Shown here piece by piece: positions 55,038 to 63,845 of a stretch of 64,000 nucleotides of DNA; the stretch's first letter is position 1, and each line of letters opens with the position of its first letter. The DNA is from a virus, in IMG/VR virus record IMGVR_UViG_3300029561_000002, positions 14,633 to 78,632 of that record; one strand, written 5' to 3'. A program made the translations under genes and the position numbers. The notes below the pieces were generated by a model. It saw nothing but the letters and a program-made list of their open reading frames with translations. It was not told the DNA's origin and made no database searches.

Positions 55038-55663
55038 TGCATAAAGTTGCAATGGAAATGGGAAAATGGGCTATGGAAAAAGCCAAGACACATGGCTTCG
55101 ATAATCTCAGTGCTCAAGACTGGGACGATCTGAAGGACTGCATGGAATCTGTGAAATGTGCGATTTGTGCAGATAAAGATTACAGAATCGTAGAAGCTAT
55201 GGACGAATGCGAACAGGAAGAAAAGTATCTTGGGCGCATGGGATATGACAGATATCGCTATTCCAATGGCAGATTTGCCCCAAAGGGCAGAGGAAGCCGC
55301 ATGGGATACAAGCCATATCTGTACATGGAAGATGATGACTGGATGGACGAGTATCTGAACAATCCAGAGTTTGAGCAGAAAATGTACCGCATGGGATATC
55401 ATCCGGACCGTAGTGATATGAGAATGGATGGAATGAACCATAAGCAGTCCAGATATGGTGAGGCCTATGATAGATACAGCGAGAATCGCAGACATTACCA
55501 TGATTCCAAAGATGCAGATTCAAAACAGAAGATGGACAGTTCGATGAAGGAGTACACGCAGGATGTTATTCGTACCATGTCTGAGATGTGGTCGGATGCA
55601 GACACAACCCTTAGACAGCAGATGAAAACTGATTTGACTAAGTTACTTCAACAGATGAACTAA
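55037..55663 (+). CDS. hypothetical protein with RMGY repeats
   Basis: TAATG coupling; GRMGYDRY, SRMGYKPY and YRMGYHPD repeats; Cys cluster CMESVKCAIC. Confidence 0.6.
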   Translation: MHKVAMEMGKWAMEKAKTHGFDNLSAQDWDDLKDCMESVKCAICADKDYRIVEAMDECEQEEKYLGRMGYDRYRYSNGRFAPKGRGSRMGYKPYLYMEDDDWMDEYLNNPEFEQKMYRMGYHPDRSDMRMDGMNHKQSRYGEAYDRYSENRRHYHDSKDADSKQKMDSSMKEYTQDVIRTMSEMWSDADTTLRQQMKTDLTKLLQQMN

Positions 55664-55678
55664 AAGCAAGATAAGATT

Positions 55679-55713
55679 AAGCCCTTGTTACAGAAGTGTA
55701 GCAGGGGCTTTTT
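55679..55713 (+). terminator. intrinsic terminator
   Basis: AAGCCCTTG ... CAGGGGCTT + TTT. Confidence 0.65.
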
Positions 55714-55733
55714 GGTTTAAAGGCGGTGGTTTT

Positions 55734-56117
55734 ATGCTAAGACAATTTTACATGAATGGTGAAAGATGGAAAGTCCGGTTTACTCACCCGCAGAATCCGG
55801 TGCTGATTGACCGTACCGGTACTATGACCTGCGCTGTGACGGACGGAAACACAAGAACTGTTTGGATTTCTGATGCTATTTCGGGTGAATTTCTCACAAG
55901 GGTAGTTTTACATGAGTTAAGCCATGCAATGATGTTTTCGAGTGGATTTCTTAAAGAACTACATAGACTTGTGCCCCGTGAGAATTGGGTAGAAGTAGAA
56001 GAGTTGATTGCCAATCTGATTGCTGACAAAGCAAGGCAGATTTTTGAAATTGCATATGAGATTGTAGGGGATGAAGCAATACATTTTGTTCCGTATTTAT
56101 TGGAAAAAGTGGCGTAA
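55734..56117 (+). CDS. small HExxH zinc-metallopeptidase-like protein
   Basis: VVLHELSHAMMF motif; 127 aa. Confidence 0.6.
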   Translation: MLRQFYMNGERWKVRFTHPQNPVLIDRTGTMTCAVTDGNTRTVWISDAISGEFLTRVVLHELSHAMMFSSGFLKELHRLVPRENWVEVEELIANLIADKARQIFEIAYEIVGDEAIHFVPYLLEKVA

Positions 56118-56209
56118 GATAGACCATTTCTTATTGTGGTGACCAGAGATATTTTAGGAAATCAATTTATATATGCGCCCCCCCCTGTCAGACCAGAAAG
56201 GATATTTGT

Positions 56210-56527
56210 ATGAGAATTTTAAAATTTAAAGTTGAAAACCAAAAAATATACCAAGACCCAAGTTGCGATTTTACTGGACTTGTAAAAGGAACTTCTGGAT
56301 ATTTAAAAGCGTTCTTTTCTTTTTCACCTGAATGGAATGGATGCAAGATAGCAGCTTCTTTTTGGCGGATGGACAAAGAATATCCGATATTGGTGCAAAA
56401 TGGACAATGTGAAATTCCATCTAAAGCTCTTGCGTGGGATTATTTTGGGGTTTCGGTCACAGGTATAAAAGACAACGGTAAATTTATCATAACATCAGAT
56501 AAAATAACGATTCCACAACGGGGGTAG
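56210..56527 (+). CDS. tail-fibre-associated protein (BppU-N-like fold suspected)
   Basis: 105 aa, directly upstream of the fibre gene. Assignment by resemblance only. Confidence 0.45.
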   Translation: MRILKFKVENQKIYQDPSCDFTGLVKGTSGYLKAFFSFSPEWNGCKIAASFWRMDKEYPILVQNGQCEIPSKALAWDYFGVSVTGIKDNGKFIITSDKITIPQRG

Positions 56528-56531
56528 AAAA

Positions 56532-58784
56532 ATGACATCAGCACTTGATTTACTTATGGATTCAGATTCGACAGCAGAAACAACTACATTATTAGAAAGC
56601 AACGGAATATGCACAATCGACTCCAGAACACGAACTATTTTTGTGCCTCCAGAAATCATAGTTGGGGCGGTGCAATCTGACAAAAATGCAGAACGAATTA
56701 AATTCTCTTGCCCGAAGATAGTGGGAGATAATCTTGATTTATCAAAATTTTCAATTCGAATCAACTTTGAAAATGTAAGTAGCGTAGACCCAGACATTTC
56801 CATAAAAGACCAATACATTTGTGAAGATGCTTCTATAAACGGAGATAACATAACATTTTCATGGGTTATTGGAAAAAACGCCGCGCGATACATGGGAACA
56901 ATAAGATTCATTGTCTGCGCTGTTAAGACAGATTCTGATTCAAATATCAGTATTGAATGGAACACTACCGTAGCGCAAATTCCTGTTTTAGAAGGAATCC
57001 AAGTTGACCAGCCATCTCTTGATGAAAACAACAAAGATATAATTAATCAACTTCTAGCTATTACCAAAACTGCATCTGACGAGGCGGTGAAAAATGTAAA
57101 TTCTGCAAAAGAGCAAGCCATTACGGACATTCAGAATGTTTCACAGCCAGATAAAACTCTTACCGTTGAAGGCGGTATTGCCGATGCAAAAGCCACAGGA
57201 AATGCGATTAGTTCATTAAGGGAAGATAAAGTTGATAAACCTTCTGCCGCTGACGATGGCAAAATACCAAGAGCAAAGGAGGGAGCGGTGGAGTGGGTGG
57301 AGGTAGGACAACCGACAGACGAACAGACAAATAGCGCAGTATCAAGTTGGTTGAATGAACATCCAGAAGCAACAACTACGGTGCAAGATGGCAGTCTGAA
57401 TGAAAAAAAAATACAGGCCTCATTTAGAAAAAAAATAAAAAGAACATACCGTACTTTTCAAGATGTATTAAACGACAATTTTTTGGAAACAGGTACTTAC
57501 ATAGAAACAACTGGTTTTTATAGCACTGATGATGGTGGCGGTGGTTTATATTTAGTGTCAACTTATGCTCCATCGGATGGGAACCCTTGCTATTTTTCGT
57601 ATTTTGACAAATATATTGTTTATATTGCAAAAGAAAATGTTTGTAATGCACTTGCACTTGGTATAAAGAAAGACGGCTCACTCGATTGTTCCGACATAGT
57701 CAATAAATTTTTTGCGAGTAAACAAGTAGAATCAAAACGATATTATTCACTGTATTTCCCAGCAGGAGTATATCTTTTCACAAATCCCATTAAGATTGAA
57801 AATACTGTGGCATACGCTAATATTTCGGGTTGCGCATCATCACGAGGAACATACGCTTATGTACACAATGACAATTTTTATCCCAAATATTCTGCCACTG
57901 TATTTGCTTTTGACATTCCTAAAAACACAACAGCAATGACTGTAGACATAGAAACAGATGGTTCATTTAACATGAATGGGATAACTTTTGTTTCAAATTC
58001 TTCTTTATTCAAATCGGAGGAATTTGAAACAAGACCAACAGTACCTTATAATGTCTTTTCGATTGAAAAAAAAGTCGAAAATGTTAATGGGTTAAATATA
58101 GAAAATTGTCGAAGAACAAGTGTTGAGAATTGCAGCTTTATAGGTTTTAGCGGATATGGATTACGCTCTTATTCGCATAATATCTTAAACTGTTTTTTCT
58201 CTGATTGTTCTGTAGGAGTTGAAAATAACAAATCAGATTTAATGCTTTTTAACTGTTATATATCAAGATGCGAAAACGGCATTAAGGCGGGGTGTGGTGG
58301 CGTAATATGGGTATCAAATACATTTATTGACCAATGTGTTATGCACGGAATTTTATCTGAAAACCAGCCACAGACAACGCTTGTAGTAAATGGATGTGTG
58401 ATCGACCATATTGGTTATTCGGGTATTTGTGTGGAATATGCGTTGGATGCGAACATTGATGCTCGTATGGGAAGATGTGGCATGTATTACGCAGGCAAAA
58501 CTAATGGATTTTCGGATATGCTAAAAGATGAAAAAAAGAAAGCAACGACAATATATTATGGACAGCTTCTTCATGGAAATTTTAGACTAAATATATATAA
58601 AAGAAGCATTACAGATGATTCTACAAACCTAGATTATGTTTTACCAAATGTCGTTTTCGGTGGCACATATAAAAATGTTGTTGTAACTGGACTGCATTAC
58701 AAAGATTATCTATTGTTTTGCAATGAAGAAAATGTTCACAACACGACGATATATGCTGATGATGGCATTCACACATACTCATAA
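56532..58784 (+). CDS. tail fibre/spike with BppU-like N-terminus and right-handed beta-helix (depolymerase-like) C-terminal half
   Basis: N-terminal ..IKFSCPKIVGDNLDLSKF..ITFSWVIGKNAARYMGTIRF pattern. C-terminal repeated NCxF/NCYISRCENGI..VSNTFIDQC parallel-beta-helix-like repeats. Confidence 0.65.
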   Translation: MTSALDLLMDSDSTAETTTLLESNGICTIDSRTRTIFVPPEIIVGAVQSDKNAERIKFSCPKIVGDNLDLSKFSIRINFENVSSVDPDISIKDQYICEDASINGDNITFSWVIGKNAARYMGTIRFIVCAVKTDSDSNISIEWNTTVAQIPVLEGIQVDQPSLDENNKDIINQLLAITKTASDEAVKNVNSAKEQAITDIQNVSQPDKTLTVEGGIADAKATGNAISSLREDKVDKPSAADDGKIPRAKEGAVEWVEVGQPTDEQTNSAVSSWLNEHPEATTTVQDGSLNEKKIQASFRKKIKRTYRTFQDVLNDNFLETGTYIETTGFYSTDDGGGGLYLVSTYAPSDGNPCYFSYFDKYIVYIAKENVCNALALGIKKDGSLDCSDIVNKFFASKQVESKRYYSLYFPAGVYLFTNPIKIENTVAYANISGCASSRGTYAYVHNDNFYPKYSATVFAFDIPKNTTAMTVDIETDGSFNMNGITFVSNSSLFKSEEFETRPTVPYNVFSIEKKVENVNGLNIENCRRTSVENCSFIGFSGYGLRSYSHNILNCFFSDCSVGVENNKSDLMLFNCYISRCENGIKAGCGGVIWVSNTFIDQCVMHGILSENQPQTTLVVNGCVIDHIGYSGICVEYALDANIDARMGRCGMYYAGKTNGFSDMLKDEKKKATTIYYGQLLHGNFRLNIYKRSITDDSTNLDYVLPNVVFGGTYKNVVVTGLHYKDYLLFCNEENVHNTTIYADDGIHTYS

Positions 58785-58944
58785 TTAACAAAAGAGGGCT
58801 TTAATTAATTTATTTTAAATCAAAAAAGTCCCCAGAACTGAGGAACTGGGGACTGGAAGATTATGAAATCTGGGGATACGCCGTTCCCTGATTTCTTTAT
58901 GAGAATAATATAAAAAAGCATTTTTGTCAATGGAGGGTGCATAT

Positions 58945-59337
58945 ATGAGAGGCAGACTTCGCCAAAAACAGTCCATATGGATTTCAACAGTAAAAGAAAA
59001 AAACAATGGAATGGATAAACTTCTTGTCTATTCAAACCCACAAAAGAAGAACATTTCAGTATCGGCAACAGCCGGTACGCCGGAAGAATTGTCTGCCGGA
59101 ATCGTTCCTGACTATGACCGGTACATTACGGTTTTTGACCGAACATTTCAACCAAAAGAAGGCAACGTCTTGTGGATTGATGTCGTGCCGGAAGTCGGGG
59201 AAGATGGGTCATTAATTCTCGATGAAGATAATAGCCCGACTGTTCTCCCAGACTACAGGCTCAAGAGAATCCTTGACACTCAAAAAGGACAAGTTGCCAG
59301 ATACGGAATAGCGAATATTGGTGGCAACAATGAGTAG
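58945..59337 (+). CDS. head closure / head-tail adaptor protein
   Basis: GGAGGG RBS before MRGRLRQKQSIWIS; size and position. Confidence 0.55.
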   Translation: MRGRLRQKQSIWISTVKEKNNGMDKLLVYSNPQKKNISVSATAGTPEELSAGIVPDYDRYITVFDRTFQPKEGNVLWIDVVPEVGEDGSLILDEDNSPTVLPDYRLKRILDTQKGQVARYGIANIGGNNE

Positions 59338-59842
59338 GAAAACAATCCAGTGTAGTTTGAACCATAATTCTTTGCGGTCTGCAATTCAGCAGTTAGAAGC
59401 ATATCAGAAAGATATTCAAAGGAAGAACCAGATTTTCATTGACAAACTGGCTCAAGAGGGAATACAGGTTATCCAGACCACGATGGAATCTGTTCCGACC
59501 GAAGAAAAAGGTTCTTACTACACGGAAGTTATCAATAACGGACATGGCGATATTGTTGGTGCAGCAGTCCGACTTTCCGGGGATAAGGTTCTTTTTATTG
59601 AGTTTAGTGCCGGTATTTCTTATGGAACGGATAGCTATCCTTTGCCATCTGGTGCTGATTACGGTGTTGGTACTTACCCAGACCAAAAACACGCCTACGA
59701 CCCAAACGGATGGTGGTATGTGGATGAAAGCGGACAAAAGCATCATTCTTATGGTAACAGGGCGTACATGCCGATGTACCACGCGGAAGAAGCTATTATT
59801 ATGCAGATACGACATATCGCAAAGGAAGTGTTTGGAAGATAG
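59330..59842 (+). CDS. tail-component protein (HK97 gp10-like position)
   Basis: Overlapping start; 170 aa. Confidence 0.5.
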   Translation: MSRKTIQCSLNHNSLRSAIQQLEAYQKDIQRKNQIFIDKLAQEGIQVIQTTMESVPTEEKGSYYTEVINNGHGDIVGAAVRLSGDKVLFIEFSAGISYGTDSYPLPSGADYGVGTYPDQKHAYDPNGWWYVDESGQKHHSYGNRAYMPMYHAEEAIIMQIRHIAKEVFGR

Positions 59843-60057
59843 AATAAAGCCCGGAGTGATCTGGGCTTCTATTTTTTTTACCTTAAAACAGATAAAAATA
59901 GTCCAGTATATTATACGATTTGCCTATGTAAAAATATGGAATCATATGCCACGTTTTTTGTACAATTAAGATGCGAAGCATCTACCGGAAAGGTAGGTGC
60001 TTTTTTTATGCCAAAAAAATAAATCATAAAAGATAATTGAACAGGCAGGGTGATTAA

Positions 60058-60465
60058 ATGCCGAAAATATTAAAAAACCCAATATCCGAGATATACGAGC
60101 GCTGGAATAAATCTGTCGAACCTGTAGTTGGTAAAGGAAATTTTTCCATGGATAGAAGTCAAACTCTTGCGCCTGGAAAGAAAACCTACGCAAGACTTTA
60201 TATGTTGGGAAACATCCTAACAGAAGGAGACCTTGAAGGTGACGAATGCGCCACGGTTCCGACTGTCCAGATTGAGTGCTTTGCCACAGGCACAGATCCG
60301 CTTGCAAAAGTATATCAGATTGACGAAAAAAGTCATCAGTCTATGGTTGGCATGGGCTTTCGTAGAACCTACGGACCCGAACTCATGGGAAACGCTGATG
60401 ATAGTATCAAACGGCTTGTTAGCCGATACACAAGAATTTATACCGGGCAGTTGCTTGGCGAATGA
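60058..60465 (+). CDS. tail completion/terminator-like protein
   Basis: 135 aa, upstream of the major tail gene. Confidence 0.5.
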   Translation: MPKILKNPISEIYERWNKSVEPVVGKGNFSMDRSQTLAPGKKTYARLYMLGNILTEGDLEGDECATVPTVQIECFATGTDPLAKVYQIDEKSHQSMVGMGFRRTYGPELMGNADDSIKRLVSRYTRIYTGQLLGE

Positions 60466-60480
60466 AAGGGGTGAGATAGA

Positions 60481-60774
60481 ATGGATCAGATCATGAACTA
60501 TGTGAAACCAGAACTTCTGGTTGTAGCTGTAGTCCTGTATTTTGTAGGAGTATTCCTCAAACAGGCTGAAACCGTAGCTGACAAATACATTCCTGGAATC
60601 CTCGGACTTCTGGGCGTAGTTGTCTGCGGAATCTATGTTTTCGCTACATCTACAGTCACAGGCGGTCAGGAAATTGCAATGGCAGTTTTTACCGCAATCA
60701 CACAAGGTATTCTTGTCGCAGGACTGAGTACTTATGTGAATCAGGTCATTAAACAAGTAGGCAAAGAAGAGTAG
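60481..60774 (+). CDS. holin (multi-TM, phiLC3/LL-H-like)
   Basis: Hydrophobic helices, KYIPGILGLLGVVVCGIY and QGILVAGLSTYVNQVIKQ, charged C-terminus. Confidence 0.6.
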   Translation: MDQIMNYVKPELLVVAVVLYFVGVFLKQAETVADKYIPGILGLLGVVVCGIYVFATSTVTGGQEIAMAVFTAITQGILVAGLSTYVNQVIKQVGKEE

Positions 60775-60881
60775 AAGGGCGGTGATCCTTTTATCTCCCA
60801 GGCACAGGGTTACGTGTCAGAGCCATTAAGGCTCTTTTTTTATTGAAATAATTTATAGCCGAAAGGCGGAAAGGAGCCACT

Positions 60882-61370
60882 ATGGCATCAGGAAACATCG
60901 CAGGAATTAGTACCGTTGGTGCTCTTACCGGTTATGCAGTAGAGACAGTAGCGGGAACAAAACCAACAAAATTCACTATGCTTCACAGAATAAATGCTTC
61001 TGATGAAATCGCTATCGACGTTGAGACTATTGACGCATCTGCGCTCGAAGATGAAATTGAGAGAACTATCGCAGGTCGTGGTTCAACCGGTGGTACGTTC
61101 AATGTAACTGTAAACGTTACGGACGAAACAATCAAAGAGTGGGAAGATCTTATCACCGCTTACAAAACAGCTCATGCAAGTGGTCTGTCTATGTGGTACG
61201 AGGAATATTATCCGGCTCTTCAGAAAGCGTTTTTCACTAAGATCGAGCCGCCGACTATCATCCCTAAACCGGCAAGAGACCAGAACGGTCTTCTTACTGT
61301 TGACATGTCCCTGACTATCAATGAGTACGTCGGCCCGGACACAGCGGTTAAGCCAACCGAAGGCGAATAA
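60882..61370 (+). CDS. major tail protein
   Basis: 162 aa, strong RBS, immediately upstream of the chaperone pair. Confidence 0.65.
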   Translation: MASGNIAGISTVGALTGYAVETVAGTKPTKFTMLHRINASDEIAIDVETIDASALEDEIERTIAGRGSTGGTFNVTVNVTDETIKEWEDLITAYKTAHASGLSMWYEEYYPALQKAFFTKIEPPTIIPKPARDQNGLLTVDMSLTINEYVGPDTAVKPTEGE

Positions 61371-61401
61371 CAAACATATCTAACTGGGAGGAAACGATAT
61401 T

Positions 61402-61878
61402 ATGTATAAACTTTTAAAGATTGGTAACAAAGAGTATAAACTGGAATACAGCATCGAAGCATCTCTTTATGATGATTGCGTTAAAAGTGTAATGAATACA
61501 CTTCTGGCAACAAGCGGTGGTGTGGATAAAACGCCGGAAGAAATGATTTCCGGCATGGCAAATATTCCGAACACAGCATTAACCGTGTTTTATGCAGGAC
61601 TTCTTCAATATCATGGGGACAGCCCGGATGCAGACGGTTCTGTTCCGAATCTTGCAACTGCGAAGAAACTTGCAGCACAATTTATTCAGGAACATAAGGA
61701 CGATGAGCAGGGTAACTTTTACGGTATCTTTGCCATGTGTCTTGAACAGATGGAGGAAGATGGTTTTTTCAAACTGACCGGTCTGGAGACGTTCATGGAC
61801 GATCTGAACGTAGCAGCCAAACCGAAGAAAACTCCGAAGAAACCGACAGATCACCAGAAAAAAGTTACAGCGAAATAA
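61402..61878 (+). CDS. tail assembly chaperone (gpG-like)
   Basis: Position and size. The following ORF is open in the -1 frame across this gene's stop codon. Confidence 0.65.
   Translation: MYKLLKIGNKEYKLEYSIEASLYDDCVKSVMNTLLATSGGVDKTPEEMISGMANIPNTALTVFYAGLLQYHGDSPDADGSVPNLATAKKLAAQFIQEHKDDEQGNFYGIFAMCLEQMEEDGFFKLTGLETFMDDLNVAAKPKKTPKKPTDHQKKVTAK
61858..61863 (+). promoter_or_regulatory. A6 slippery run, candidate programmed -1 frameshift site (gpG/gpGT)
   Basis: CAG AAA AAA GTT. The -1 frame is open from here through 62276, and the ATG at 61917 has no RBS. Confidence 0.5.
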
Positions 61879-61916
61879 TCTGGACAGAGTTATATCCGGC
61901 GGCAGTTCGCATCGGA

Positions 61917-62276
61917 ATGAGCCGGAAAGAATTTCTCAGAAGTACCATACGTGACCTTCAAGTAAGGATACGTGAGTACGAGAAAGGTAAACGTGATGAG
62001 ATAGAAACTCAGGTAAAACTGATTGAATATCAGTCATGGCTTTCCGGCTTATATGTGAAATCTGCGGTATCAAGTGCGCTTTCTGGCAAAGCAAAATATC
62101 CAGATAAACCAATCACAGAAAAAACAAAGAAACCACAGCTTGAAGAAAAAACAGATGTTCCGAAACGGTCTGAAGCTGAATTGAAGCAGGAAGAACGTTA
62201 CTACGAACTTCTGATAAAAAAGGCAAATGCGAATATCGCTGAGATAGGAAGTGAAGAGGGCAGACAGGATGAATAA
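61917..62276 (+). CDS. gpT-like extension ORF of tail chaperone (expressed by frameshift)
   Basis: -1 frame relative to 61402-61878, no SD; this is conserved siphovirus architecture. Confidence 0.55.
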   Translation: MSRKEFLRSTIRDLQVRIREYEKGKRDEIETQVKLIEYQSWLSGLYVKSAVSSALSGKAKYPDKPITEKTKKPQLEEKTDVPKRSEAELKQEERYYELLIKKANANIAEIGSEEGRQDE

Positions 62277-62303
62277 AAAGTCTTGTCTGCCCTTATTTTT
62301 TTT
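62258..62303 (+). terminator. intrinsic terminator
   Basis: GGGCAGACAGGA ... TCTTGTCTGCCC + T8. Confidence 0.75.
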
Positions 62304-62402
62304 GATTAAAAGGAGGCAAATAACAGTTAAAGAAAACTTATAATAAATTATAAATAAGTGTTGACTTTTATAATTTTCATAATTAAAGAAAGAACCAGAT
62401 TA

Positions 62403-62558
62403 TTACTGGTTCTTCATATACTCTTTGAGAATATTGATTACTAGATTATTAAATGAACGCCCTTCCTTTTTTGCGATTTCTTCTAGTTGAGATTTTAATT
62501 CTTTTTCAATAGTTATATTAGTACGAGTTTTGTTTGGTGCTACTTGACCTGCTGGCAT
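62403..62558 (-). CDS. ribbon-helix-helix (CopG-like) protein, 51 aa
   Basis: AAGGAGGTGAAAT RBS; TNITIEKELKSQLEEIAKKEGRSFNNLVINILKEYM. The terminator AGAACCAG/CTGGTTCT overlaps the stop codon. Not in the ORF track. Confidence 0.6.
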   Translation of the reverse strand: MPAGQVAPNKTRTNITIEKELKSQLEEIAKKEGRSFNNLVINILKEYMKNQ

Positions 62559-62580
62559 ATTATTTCACCTCCTTGATAAC

Positions 62581-62656
62581 AATATATCACTTAAAATAAT
62601 TGTTGTCAAGTTGGTATCGATTAGTTGTTGACAAGTTGATACCAACTTGGTATAAT
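62581..62656. promoter_or_regulatory. back-to-back divergent promoters with 12-bp inverted repeat operator
   Basis: Plus strand: TTGACA (62628-62633), 17-nt spacer, TATAAT (62651-62656). Minus strand: TTGACA (complement of 62604-62609), 17-nt spacer, TATATT (complement of 62581-62586). Inverted repeat CAAGTTGGTATC (62608-62619) / GATACCAACTTG (62638-62649). Confidence 0.65.
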
Positions 62657-62681
62657 ATAATTAGAAAGGAAGGTGAAAAAG

Positions 62682-63845
62682 ATGATAAAAACAATTCGAG
62701 TAATGCTGATTCCAAATAATAAGCAAAAGACAAAACTCTTTCGATATGCCAATACTGCCAGATTTGCTTATAACTGGGCTTTGGCTAGGGAAATAGAAAA
62801 CTATGAAAATGGTGGTAAGTTCCTATCTGATAGTGATTTGAGAAAAGAATTTACACAATTAAAGAAAGCAGAGGAATATTCTTGGTTAAATAAAATTTCA
62901 AATAATGTAACCAAACAGGCTATTAAAGATGCTTGTAATGCATATAAGAGATTCTTCAAAGGATATTCGAAGTTTCCAAAATTCAAAAGTCGTAAATATT
63001 CTGTTCCATCTTTCTATCAAGACAATGTAAAGATTAAGTTTACAGAAACTCATGTAAAAGTTGAGGGATTTACAACCTCTAAAAGGAAAAATAAGCAGAA
63101 AATAAATTGGATTAGACTTGCAGAACACAATCGGATACCTACAGATTGTAAATACACGAGTCCTCGTATTAAGTATAATGGATTAAATTGGTGGATTACA
63201 GTAGGTGTTGAATATGAAGATTCTACTACTATTCCATCTAATGATGGAATTGGTATAGATCTAGGAATCAAAGATCTGGCTATTTGCTCTGATGGAGCTA
63301 AGTATAAGAACATCAATAAAAGTCAGAAAGTAAAGAAACTAGAAAAACAGAAACGCAGATTACAGCGTAGTATCTCTCGCTCTTACGAGAAAAATAAGAA
63401 AGGAGAAAGTTACTGCAAAACAAATAATGTAATCAAAAAGGAAAAACTTTTATTAAAACGAAATCACAGATTAACAAATATCCGTAAGAACTATTTGAAT
63501 CAGACTACATCTGAAATTGTAAATCGAAAACCAAGATTTATTTGTATTGAAGATTTGAATGTTAGTGGAATGATGAAAAATAGACATTTATCAAAAGCAG
63601 TTCAGAATCAGGGTTTTTTTGAGTTTAGAAAGCAGCTTGAACACAAGTGCAGCGATAAAGGAATTCAGCTTATTGTGGCTGATCGGTTTTATCCATCATC
63701 AAAGCTTTGCAGTTGCTGTGGAAACATTAAAAAAGACTTGAAATTATCTGACAGGATTTATAAATGTAATTGTGGAAATGTCATTGATAGAGATTTACAG
63801 GCATCTATAAATCTCAAGGCTTATGGAGAAAGATTTGCAAGCTAA
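62682..63845 (+). CDS. tnpB: TnpB (IS200/IS605-family OrfB RNA-guided nuclease), no TnpA nearby
   Basis: RuvC motifs GIDLGIKDLA, FICIEDLNVSGM and IDRDLQASINL are all intact. Zinc finger CSCCGN..CNCGN. AAGGAAGG RBS before MIKTIRV. Confidence 0.9.
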   Translation: MIKTIRVMLIPNNKQKTKLFRYANTARFAYNWALAREIENYENGGKFLSDSDLRKEFTQLKKAEEYSWLNKISNNVTKQAIKDACNAYKRFFKGYSKFPKFKSRKYSVPSFYQDNVKIKFTETHVKVEGFTTSKRKNKQKINWIRLAEHNRIPTDCKYTSPRIKYNGLNWWITVGVEYEDSTTIPSNDGIGIDLGIKDLAICSDGAKYKNINKSQKVKKLEKQKRRLQRSISRSYEKNKKGESYCKTNNVIKKEKLLLKRNHRLTNIRKNYLNQTTSEIVNRKPRFICIEDLNVSGMMKNRHLSKAVQNQGFFEFRKQLEHKCSDKGIQLIVADRFYPSSKLCSCCGNIKKDLKLSDRIYKCNCGNVIDRDLQASINLKAYGERFAS

